64,000 bases of DNA from an uncultured Clostridia bacterium. GTDB taxonomy: Bacteria; Bacillota; Clostridia; Christensenellales; UBA1242. The DNA lies in contig CALWEH010000013.1 of the NCBI GenBank assembly GCA_944377145.1, positions 26,970 to 90,969 on the forward strand, given 5' to 3'. The notes under the pieces are model-generated. The model was not told the DNA's origin. It was given only the letters and a program-made list of their open reading frames with translations, and searched no databases. Shown here in pieces: positions 1 through 7,767 of this stretch (positions within the stretch are counted from its first letter, which is position 1; every line of letters begins with the position of its first letter). The translations under genes were made by a program, and so were the position numbers.

Positions 1-1065
1 ATTTGCATATGCACTCAAAGCTGTTTTACCAGATCCTTGAGTGTGCCATATAATACCATTTTTATCCTTTTCGCCAAGTCGTTTGATTATTGCACGAGTA
101 GCAAAGAATTGAGGATATCTCATAATATGTTTTTGTTTAATTGGCACTTCTTCGTCTTTATTTGTTGTTGCATTATGTATTTTCTTTATTTCAGTTAAAA
201 ACATTATGCCATAACGAAGCATGTACATAAATCTTTCTTTATCATAAAACGATGTGATAAATCTGTTACAAGGTGCTACATCAGATAAATTTGTTTGAAA
301 TTCAGGAGTGTCTGTTTCATCTGGATTATATCCACCATCTTTAACAACATATTTAATTGTTTCTTCGTCTATATCTTTTAGGTTATATCTTGCATGATAT
401 TCTTTTATATCTTCTCTAAAGAAAGAGAATGTGGTGGCTTGTCCATTAGGTGTTGTATAGAAAGAACCTGCTTTTACTTCATCAGCAATATCATCGTCAG
501 CTTCTTCATATTCCATATTATTTGAAAATGAGACTATTTGAATAAGATTAAAATATTTCTTATAATCACTATTTTTTAATCTCTTGTTAATCATTCTTTC
601 AAATTCCACTTGGATTCCACCAGAATTATCAGGATGCTTAACTTCTAGGAATGCTAGTGGCATACCATTTATAAGAATGTTTATATCTGGTCTAAACGAG
701 CCTTCCTCAGTTCCTTCTTTAATACTAAAAGGTAATTCATCAACTACTGCAAAGTCATTATTATCAAGATTTTCAAAATCTATCAATTTTGTGTCGTATT
801 CAACAGAGGTTAACCTTTTATAAAACTCTTTTCCTAAATCATTAAACTTAATTAAAGAGTGAATTTCATCAATCAATGAAGAAATTTCTTCATTACTATA
901 AGTTCTACCATTGATTTTTTCGATGGCAGATTTAAAACGAGGTACAAATATTTTTGTATTAAAGTCAATATGAGCACCTTTAAGTGATTGATAATCATAA
1001 CCCAATCTTAAAAAATGGATTGTTGCAGGGAATTTTACCCTGGTATCTTCATTGAAGTGTAACAT
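1..1065 (-). CDS. hsdR: Type I restriction enzyme R subunit, N-terminal part; the gene runs off the left window edge
   Basis: Own translation of the minus strand from ATG at 1065-1063, with AAGGAG 6 nt upstream. It reads MLHFNEDTRVKFPATIHFLRLGY... for 355 codons with no stop. It contains the nuclease-core motif RPDINILINGMPLAFLEVK and helicase motif I NGIIWHTQGSGKTALSAYA at the edge. It is missing from the supplied ORF track because no stop codon lies in the window. Confidence 0.75.
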   Translation of the reverse strand, partial: MLHFNEDTRVKFPATIHFLRLGYDYQSLKGAHIDFNTKIFVPRFKSAIEKINGRTYSNEEISSLIDEIHSLIKFNDLGKEFYKRLTSVEYDTKLIDFENLDNNDFAVVDELPFSIKEGTEEGSFRPDINILINGMPLAFLEVKHPDNSGGIQVEFERMINKRLKNSDYKKYFNLIQIVSFSNNMEYEEADDDIADEVKAGSFYTTPNGQATTFSFFREDIKEYHARYNLKDIDEETIKYVVKDGGYNPDETDTPEFQTNLSDVAPCNRFITSFYDKERFMYMLRYGIMFLTEIKKIHNATTNKDEEVPIKQKHIMRYPQFFATRAIIKRLGEKDKNGIIWHTQGSGKTALSAYAN

Positions 1066-1281
1066 TTTTAACTCCTTAATCTATCCGTTTAATATTTGAC
1101 AAATTACTACATAAACTTTCAATTAAATCAATTATAGCATACTTTTTGTTGTTTTGTATGGATTTTGATAAAATTTATAAATATTTATTAATACTTATAT
1201 AAAATAAATAATTTATTTTTTCAAATGACTTGCAATTAATCTTCTTTAGAGGTAAAACACAAGACAACCTAAGGAGGACTT

Positions 1282-1515
1282 ATGAAAAAGTTGATTCAAA
1301 TCGTAAGAGATAATTGCGAATTTACCAAAGAAGAAATTGAACAAGAGAAGTTGGTAACAGGTCTTTCTAACGCTTTTGTAGAAACGCTTACAGAAGACCA
1401 GGTTGCAAAGTTTGTTGATTTCTTGGTAGCAAGGGACAAACTAGAAGATATAAAAATCAATAATCACATTGTAGAAACTCATAAAATCTGTAAAGAAGTT
1501 TTTAAGTTGAGGTAA
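1282..1515 (+). CDS. Small hypothetical protein (77 aa), paralogous to the next gene
   Basis: AGGAGG lies 6 nt upstream of the ATG. The C-terminal motif THKICKEVFKLR resembles TYKLCKKLFQR in the following ORF. Confidence 0.6.
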   Translation: MKKLIQIVRDNCEFTKEEIEQEKLVTGLSNAFVETLTEDQVAKFVDFLVARDKLEDIKINNHIVETHKICKEVFKLR

Positions 1516-1760
1516 TGGTTATGTTTGAAATTTTGGATATGGTTCATGGTATTTTAGAAGAACAAAAAAGAACTGCTGAGGAGCAGTTACAACTAAACAA
1601 AATATGTGACTTGGAAGATAAGTTTGTTAAGGGATTTTCTAAGGATAAATGGAAAGAATATTTTGATTTAGACATTGAAAAAGGTTGTCTTAGCAATATG
1701 CATATTGATAAAGCAATTATTGTGACTTATAAATTATGCAAAAAGTTGTTTCAAAGGTAA
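1515..1760 (+). CDS. Small hypothetical protein (79-81 aa), paralog of 1282..1515
   Basis: There is a TAATG stop/start overlap at 1513-1517. The ATG at 1521 has better GAGG spacing and may be the real start. Size, helical character and C-terminal K-[IL]-C-K-x-[VL]-F motif are shared with the previous ORF. Confidence 0.55.
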   Translation: MVMFEILDMVHGILEEQKRTAEEQLQLNKICDLEDKFVKGFSKDKWKEYFDLDIEKGCLSNMHIDKAIIVTYKLCKKLFQR

Positions 1761-1769
1761 GGAGTCAGT

Positions 1770-2132
1770 ATGAAAGCAAAATTTATTGATAATGTTCCTA
1801 ATGCCAGATTGCTTAGGAATAGGCTTGATGAGGGATTAGGTGTTGAGAGACAATATTTCATTGAAAGGTCGGTTGTATTAAAGCATCATAACTTTATGTA
1901 TTTTCGTGACCACTTATCTGGCGAGAATGATATTGTCAAAAGGCATCGCAAAGATATGTTTGTTGATGATAATGGCATATGGCATGTGATAATGGTTTGT
2001 TGTGTTAGGGCTGATATAATGATTCTTATATTTAGTGACGACACTAATTATGCAAAGTATTTGTCTATAAAAAATAACGGTGGTGAGCAAGTTGAGCCTA
2101 AATTCACCACTTGCAATAGATATTCCGTTTAA
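1770..2132 (+). CDS. Hypothetical protein (120 aa)
   Basis: AAGGAG RBS upstream, 9 nt after the previous stop. No family recognised. Confidence 0.55.
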   Translation: MKAKFIDNVPNARLLRNRLDEGLGVERQYFIERSVVLKHHNFMYFRDHLSGENDIVKRHRKDMFVDDNGIWHVIMVCCVRADIMILIFSDDTNYAKYLSIKNNGGEQVEPKFTTCNRYSV

Positions 2133-2187
2133 TTAATTGTAACTAGACGGATTTTTTGTTAAAAAAATATAAAAACTTTGTATTATA

Positions 2188-2196
2188 TGATATAAT
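2188..2196 (+). promoter_or_regulatory. Extended -10 element (TGaTATAAT) 6 nt upstream of the ATG at 2203; possible leaderless transcript
   Basis: TGATATAAT at 2188-2196. There is no Shine-Dalgarno sequence between it and the ATG. TATAAT-like hexamers occur often by chance in DNA this AT-rich. Confidence 0.3.
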
Positions 2197-2202
2197 ATTA
2201 GT

Positions 2203-2856
2203 ATGAATACAATTATTGAGCCAAATAAAATCAATACCTATCCTTTAGAATTAAAAACTTTTATCGAGTCTAAATGCACACCCGATGAGCTTAATTTATT
2301 TTTGATTGAAAAAAATTATGATATAATGTGTTGGCATTGTACTAGATTGACTGATTATGAAATTAATCAAATTTTTTCAGATGGTTTACAATTTCCAACA
2401 AAAGATTTCTTTATAGAAAAAATAAAAAATTTACCAGATTCAGTTCGTAATTCTACAAAAAATTTTCTTATTAAATATATTGAAAATCGCAAGGAGTTAC
2501 AAGCAGAAAATACTATTTGTGCAAGTTATGGTAAATTGGATTTAAAAGATGATGTTAAATGTGATAAAATTTTCACAATGAATTGGGGTGGAGAAACAAT
2601 CTACTGTGCATATGACGAAGGTGATAGCTTTAAAAATTCAGAGTTGAAAATGATTAAAGACGAATTAGACTTTGTTTCATATCCATGTGTTATTTGGTTT
2701 ACAATAACATATAGAGATCTCTTCTATAAATCTAAACAGGGTTATAAAAAGTTACACGAGTTTATGATTAGTAAAAATAAAAAAAATATTTGTAATTCAA
2801 TTTATATAGATCCTTGTGATATGAAAATAGTTAATATTGAAAAACTAAAAAAGTGA
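2203..2856 (+). CDS. Hypothetical protein (217 aa)
   Basis: Long ORF followed by an imperfect hairpin and T-run at about 2857-2890. No family recognised. Confidence 0.55.
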   Translation: MNTIIEPNKINTYPLELKTFIESKCTPDELNLFLIEKNYDIMCWHCTRLTDYEINQIFSDGLQFPTKDFFIEKIKNLPDSVRNSTKNFLIKYIENRKELQAENTICASYGKLDLKDDVKCDKIFTMNWGGETIYCAYDEGDSFKNSELKMIKDELDFVSYPCVIWFTITYRDLFYKSKQGYKKLHEFMISKNKKNICNSIYIDPCDMKIVNIEKLKK

Positions 2857-3062
2857 TCCCAATTTTGAATTTGGGTCAATTTTTATAAAAAAGTGACACA
2901 TTTTCTGTAAAAAGTGTACCATAAATTGAGTTAAAATGAACACTTTTTGCTTTACTTAAATTAGAATATTAAATCTGCGAAAACCCTTTATTTATCGCAC
3001 TTTTCTTTGTTTAATTGAGTGAATAAAATTACCCAGTCAGGGCAAGCTCCTAAGGAATAATT

Positions 3063-3090
3063 GCAGGTTCGATTCCCGCAGGGAACACCA
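3063..3090 (+). other. tRNA 3'-end-like fragment (T-arm, acceptor 3' strand, CCA); candidate attachment-site relic
   Basis: GCAGGTTCGATTCCCGCAGGGAACACCA contains the canonical GGTTCGATTCC T-loop and a terminal ACCA. The complementary 5' acceptor strand (GTTCCCT) and an anticodon arm are absent from the 90 nt upstream. Confidence 0.55.
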
Positions 3091-3091
3091 A

Positions 3092-3511
3092 TTACAATTA
3101 TATATTTTAATTGCGATTCCAAATCAAGAATCTGCCATATTTAAGAATTATATTAAATGGTGTAATAAAAATAATAACAGTTACAATGAAGAACATCTAG
3201 AATTCTCTCTGGATTATTTAAAAAAGATACTTAAGTGTGCGGGATTTAAAATAATAGATGAAGACGGTTTTCAAGTTTTTCTATCAGAAGGAAGATTTTG
3301 GATAGACAGTAAAACAGATATTGATCCGTTAATTAATGAAATGTTGTTATATGATAACGATATTGCAAGAGATTTCCCTAACTATGATTTTAAATATGAT
3401 GTATTTGATTTAAAAAATGTCAAAACAATACTTGTCGATGAAACAAAAAATATAAGTAAAAAAATAAATAAAATATTGGAAGATTTTAAAAATGGAAATT
3501 TATTTACTTAG
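3092..3511 (+). pseudogene. 5'-truncated gene remnant; the C-terminal part resembles a SAM-dependent methyltransferase
   Basis: The frame is open from 3023 to the TAG at 3509-3511. It has no ATG, GTG or TTG start until an internal ATG at 3341. It translates to ...IAIPNQESAIFKNYIKWCNKNNNSYNEEHLEFSLDYLKKILKCAGFKIIDEDGFQVF.... The frame opens inside the tRNA fragment. Confidence 0.4.
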
Positions 3512-4157
3512 TGGACCGGATAAATATAAAGGATATTGTGATGTTCTTAAAACAGATATAAGCAATGAGATTAAAAATATAAAATGTTTGGTAGGAATTG
3601 CAGCAAATCCTAACAAACATGAAAAGAATGATAAAATGTTCTTTGGTGATGGTGTTTGTCCTGGAGTTGTTAATATGTTAAAATCTTGCGGAATTGAAAT
3701 TAATGATACTGTTTTGTTGGATGATAGAATAGACGCTCAAACAGCAAAATCAACTATTGAAAGAGCAGATGTTGTATATTTATTGGGTGGAGACCCTATG
3801 AGTCAATATAAGTTTATTGAAAGTCTTGGATGCATTAATTTGTTAAAAGAATTTGATGGTATAGTATTTGGTATTAGTGCTGGCTCAATGAACTGTGCAA
3901 ACAATGTTTTATATTTTGCAGAAGATGGTTTTAATGATATAATTAGATATAATGGCTTAGGTGTTTCTCCAATATATATTTACCCTCACTTTTCTGTTGA
4001 TAATCAAGAATTAATTTCACAATTAAAACAATTGTCAAAAGATGTTCAAATTTTTGCACTGCCAAACGATTCTTATGTTAAAATTGCAGACAACAAAACT
4101 GAAATCGTAGGCAAATGTTATTTATTTTCAAATGAAAAGTTTATTAAGATTAATTAG
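3492..4157 (+). CDS. Peptidase S51 (dipeptidase E-like) family protein
   Basis: VVYLLGGDP and FGISAGSM (nucleophile-elbow Ser) motifs. Size is about 220 aa. Confidence 0.6.
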   Translation: MEIYLLSGPDKYKGYCDVLKTDISNEIKNIKCLVGIAANPNKHEKNDKMFFGDGVCPGVVNMLKSCGIEINDTVLLDDRIDAQTAKSTIERADVVYLLGGDPMSQYKFIESLGCINLLKEFDGIVFGISAGSMNCANNVLYFAEDGFNDIIRYNGLGVSPIYIYPHFSVDNQELISQLKQLSKDVQIFALPNDSYVKIADNKTEIVGKCYLFSNEKFIKIN

Positions 4158-4174
4158 CTAGAATTAATAAAATG

Positions 4175-4942
4175 TTAATACAAATAATTTTTAAAAGATA
4201 GCAAACATTTCGAATTATCATGTACAAACATATATACTGTATTAAAAAATTCTTTTAGAGGGATTTTTTTATGTAACTCTCTAAACATTTTTAATATATT
4301 TTGATGATCAAGATTTAAATTATAAAAATATTTATAACTTGGATTTTTATTATATTCTCCCAAACCAGAATTTGTAAAAATAGCATCTATCGCCAATTCT
4401 GCAAACAACCATGTATCATTCTTACTATCATAGTCAAACAAAAATCCACAAGGATTAAAATTCCTCCACCTATCTACTAAAAAAGCTTTAGCAGTCATTA
4501 CTAAAAAAGTTTGAAATATTTCATCAACACTCTTGCTACCATCTAAATATATTGTATTTGTTTCAATATTTATTTCATTTACAGGTAAAAGCTGTAAATA
4601 GCAATATGTCCAATAAGTAATATTTTCTTCAAATTCAATATCTAAACTTTCTGCTAATTTAGTTAAAAATTCTTTTTTATTTTCGTTCCATTTTTTTTGA
4701 AGTTGTTCACATTTTATTTCTAATTCATTTTTATATTTATCAACCTGTTTTTGAATATCTGGAACAACATCTTTATATTTAAAAATATCTTCATACGAAG
4801 ATATGTTGAATTGGTCAAATATTTTATTAGTGTCTATAGAATTATATCCTAAACCTTGACTCATTACACTTAACATCAGCCCAGTAGTTTCAGCATCACT
4901 TACTTCAAATTGATAATTTATATTTCTCAACATTATACTCAT
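4175..4942 (-). CDS. Hypothetical protein (255 aa)
   Basis: Long ORF. No recognisable motif. Confidence 0.5.
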   Translation of the reverse strand: MSIMLRNINYQFEVSDAETTGLMLSVMSQGLGYNSIDTNKIFDQFNISSYEDIFKYKDVVPDIQKQVDKYKNELEIKCEQLQKKWNENKKEFLTKLAESLDIEFEENITYWTYCYLQLLPVNEINIETNTIYLDGSKSVDEIFQTFLVMTAKAFLVDRWRNFNPCGFLFDYDSKNDTWLFAELAIDAIFTNSGLGEYNKNPSYKYFYNLNLDHQNILKMFRELHKKIPLKEFFNTVYMFVHDNSKCLLSFKNYLY

Positions 4943-5051
4943 ATTTTATATGTTATCACATATCTATAAAAAAGGCAACTTTATATAAAAAATATTTAAT
5001 TTATAAAAATAATATTAAAATAAATTTAAATAAATAATAATTTATAAAAAA

Positions 5052-5079
5052 TAAAATAAGCTTAAAATAAGCTTATTTT
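5052..5079 (-). terminator. AT-rich hairpin or palindrome downstream of the 5168..6400 gene
   Basis: AAAATAAGC...GCTTATTTT arms, including the perfect palindrome AAAATAAGCTTATTTT at 5064-5079. It is flanked by A/T runs. Confidence 0.35.
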
Positions 5080-5167
5080 ATTAATTTTTATTTAATTTTA
5101 ATATTTTTTTAATTATTGTATTAGTATTTTATTAATTATTTTTTAATATTTTTTATTTTTATTATAT

Positions 5168-6400
5168 TTATTCTATTCCAGCTGTAATATTATCTTTAGT
5201 TCTATCTTGCAAAGATTGTATTGGATGTTCTTTATCACAATATCTATAATCTTCACCAAATTGTTTTATATATTTATCAACTACTAAATGACTAGCAACA
5301 GTTTTAGCATTTCCCAAATTATTTAAATGAATAAAAAATCTACTATCTTCAGCCAAACTATTTGCTGGAATATAATTTTCTTTAACAGAGGTATAACCAA
5401 CAGTTTTCAATACTTTTCTTATATATTCCTTATTTTCTCCAAATTTTAAAAGTTTAGGAAAGTCTGTTGCACCAATTACTTTTACAGCATCTTTTTTTTC
5501 ATATTTTTTTAATAGTTCGCTAGCTAATTTTAAATGAGCTACTTCCATTTCAAAATGCTCTTGCCAAATATTTTTTATATATTCATCGCTCTCATCTTTC
5601 ATCATTGAATAATATAAATAACATTCTGTATACTCATGCATAACCCATTGTTCAAGCCAAGTGCAAGTTGGATCTTTTAAACTTTCATATTGTGACACAT
5701 GTTCTTCTTCAACCATTCCAATTTCAGCAAATAATTTTCTACCTAAATCATTATTATAAAATTGAGCAATATTCATATAGTAGTTCATTGTTTGCTGTTC
5801 TGCAGCGGTTATTATATTTCCTACAAGTTTTGTATAAATATCTGCTGTTTTGGCGGACATACTATATCTAATATTATCTATAGGGTGTCTATGTTCGTTA
5901 ATAGTTGGACGCCCTGGCATAATTTCAGTATATTTACCAACCATAACATCAGCATCAATATTATAGTCCATCTTTAATAAATTAGCAAACCTATATAAAT
6001 GATCAAAATCTTCAAGCAAAGCAAAATCTAATGCTGCTTTAGCATTTTCATCTAAAACATTTTGAGCTAAAATCGCTGTTAAATCTATAGCTAATTGCTC
6101 ATAAGATATTGTTGTTTCTAATATATTTTCATCAATAGGTTTTAAACAGCTTATCCTTTTTTGCTGTTGCTGTTCTTGATTTCTTACCACTGCTATAGCT
6201 CTTCTTAAATCATTATCATTACAATTTCTAGCAAATTGATGTAAAAACCAGTTCGACTCATATTCTGTTCCATTCATTAATATAATTCTAACTTTTGTAT
6301 ATGGCGAAACTTTTGTTTTAGAATATGATTTAGGGTACATTTTCTCCCAACTCATAAAATAACTTTCAACATCTTTTGATTTAAATTCAAATGGGCTCAT
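5168..6400 (-). CDS. Ferritin-like (di-iron carboxylate type) protein, function unknown
   Basis: Helical protein with ExxH-type motifs: LLEDFDHLYRF, MVEEEHVSQYE and EMEVAHL. The call rests on motifs only. Confidence 0.4.
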   Translation of the reverse strand: MSPFEFKSKDVESYFMSWEKMYPKSYSKTKVSPYTKVRIILMNGTEYESNWFLHQFARNCNDNDLRRAIAVVRNQEQQQQKRISCLKPIDENILETTISYEQLAIDLTAILAQNVLDENAKAALDFALLEDFDHLYRFANLLKMDYNIDADVMVGKYTEIMPGRPTINEHRHPIDNIRYSMSAKTADIYTKLVGNIITAAEQQTMNYYMNIAQFYNNDLGRKLFAEIGMVEEEHVSQYESLKDPTCTWLEQWVMHEYTECYLYYSMMKDESDEYIKNIWQEHFEMEVAHLKLASELLKKYEKKDAVKVIGATDFPKLLKFGENKEYIRKVLKTVGYTSVKENYIPANSLAEDSRFFIHLNNLGNAKTVASHLVVDKYIKQFGEDYRYCDKEHPIQSLQDRTKDNITAGIE

Positions 6401-6496
6401 AATTATCTCCTTTTAACATTTAAAATTAACATAAATCGCTCAATCCTATTTGATAAAACAAAATAATTATCTACCTATATAAAAATTTTTATACAA

Positions 6497-6958
6497 TTAA
6501 TTTAAAATCCAACATGCCAAATTTAAACAACTTGCTATAGACAACCATAATGGATATATAGTTAGAAAATATGAGAAAAATTTATCTCTTTCATGCATTT
6601 CAGTTAATAAAATTGCACCTACAATTAAATTTAAAATAATAACAATCAATCCCCATAACAAACTATTTAATGTAAAGAACACTAAACACCATAAAACATT
6701 TAACAGGCCATTTACAATCAATAAAGCTGTGATTTCTTTATTTATTCTATCATTTTTAATGCCAAAATATAAATAAATTGCAAATAAAACATAAATAACT
6801 GTCCATACAATTGGGATTATAATATTTGGAACCCATTCACTAGGTTTGTTAAGAGATTCAAACCAATCAATTCCTAAATTAACAAAAATAGAGCCTATTA
6901 TTGCAACTAATAAAACTCCTCCAATACTTAATATAATTTTTAAATTTTTATTTTCCAT
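6497..6958 (-). CDS. tspO: TspO/MBR family tryptophan-rich sensory protein
   Basis: Five-TM 153-aa protein. Motifs are WFESLNKPSEWVPN and IPIVWTVIYVLFAIYLY. Confidence 0.75.
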   Translation of the reverse strand: MENKNLKIILSIGGVLLVAIIGSIFVNLGIDWFESLNKPSEWVPNIIIPIVWTVIYVLFAIYLYFGIKNDRINKEITALLIVNGLLNVLWCLVFFTLNSLLWGLIVIILNLIVGAILLTEMHERDKFFSYFLTIYPLWLSIASCLNLACWILN

Positions 6959-7086
6959 AATAATATTATTATGAACTATTTTATAAAAAAATATAAATAT
7001 TTTTAATAATATTTTTTATATTAAATTGTATTATTTTGTATTTTTTTAACAAAAAAATCAACAATTGTAATTGTTGACTTTTTATT

Positions 7087-7707
7087 TTAATTAAAAAATA
7101 ATTTTCCAATTTTCTTTACATATTGTTCTAATACTTTAAAATCCATATTTGTATTATTAATCCAATCTCTATACACAAATACAAACCCACCTGTAAACAT
7201 ACTAACATTTAACATAAATTCATCTGTTAACTGTTTATGCCCAAATTTCACAAAATTTTCACATAAAGCATCATTTAACAATTCTTTTAATTTTAATGCA
7301 ACTCTAGTAAAACACTGTGTATTTATTATAGATTTTAAATATTTTTTATCAAGTTGAACATTCTCTCCTATAGTTTCGATTAAAATATTTAAATTATTAT
7401 ATATATCTATATTTTCTATCTTTTTCCTTATGTTATCATAACAATTATATATATCATCTTCAATACTTAATATTACATCATTTAAATTTTTATAATGCAA
7501 ATAAAATGTAGCACGATATATTCCTGCAACTTTCACTAAATCTGTTATATTTATTTTTGAAAGATCTTTTTCTTCTAAAAGTTCTAATAAAGATAATTTT
7601 ATTTTTGTAGTAGTTTTCTTTGTATTACTATATAATTTTTGAGAATCTTCTTTCTTTGCCTCTTTTCCTAAAAATCTTTTCCAAAACGATATTTTTTCTT
7701 TTTCCAT
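7087..7707 (-). CDS. TetR/AcrR family transcriptional regulator
   Basis: N-terminal HTH INITDLVKVAGIYRATFYLHYKNLNDV. Confidence 0.7.
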   Translation of the reverse strand: MEKEKISFWKRFLGKEAKKEDSQKLYSNTKKTTTKIKLSLLELLEEKDLSKINITDLVKVAGIYRATFYLHYKNLNDVILSIEDDIYNCYDNIRKKIENIDIYNNLNILIETIGENVQLDKKYLKSIINTQCFTRVALKLKELLNDALCENFVKFGHKQLTDEFMLNVSMFTGGFVFVYRDWINNTNMDFKVLEQYVKKIGKLFFN

Positions 7708-7767
7708 ATTTTTATTATATCATCAACCTAAATATTTTTCAAGTATAATTTTAATTGTATATCCTTA

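Larger units (their letters stand above)
1..3090. mobile_element. Candidate end of an integrated element or genomic island (hsdR plus small orphan genes), bounded on the right by a tRNA 3'-end fragment
   Basis: A tRNA T-arm/acceptor/CCA fragment at 3063-3090 has no 5' half. A start-less gene remnant begins directly to its right. AAAAAGTG repeats lie just inside the boundary. No integrase is visible in the window. Confidence 0.3.

Noticed and set aside
584-823. 79-aa plus-strand ORF from the track
   Set aside because: It lies entirely antisense within the hsdR reading frame. It has low-complexity composition and no RBS.
3000-3090. Possible complete tRNA (or tmRNA 3' domain) gene
   Set aside because: Only the T-arm, 3' acceptor strand and CCA are present. 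No complementary 5' acceptor strand (GTTCCCT), D-arm or anticodon arm could be folded from the upstream 90 nt. The T-stem also has one A-C mismatch.
5668-5977. Two overlapping plus-strand ORFs (67 and 71 aa)
   Set aside because: They are antisense to the 410-aa ferritin-like gene. The sequences are hydrophobic nonsense, as is typical of AT-rich antisense frames.
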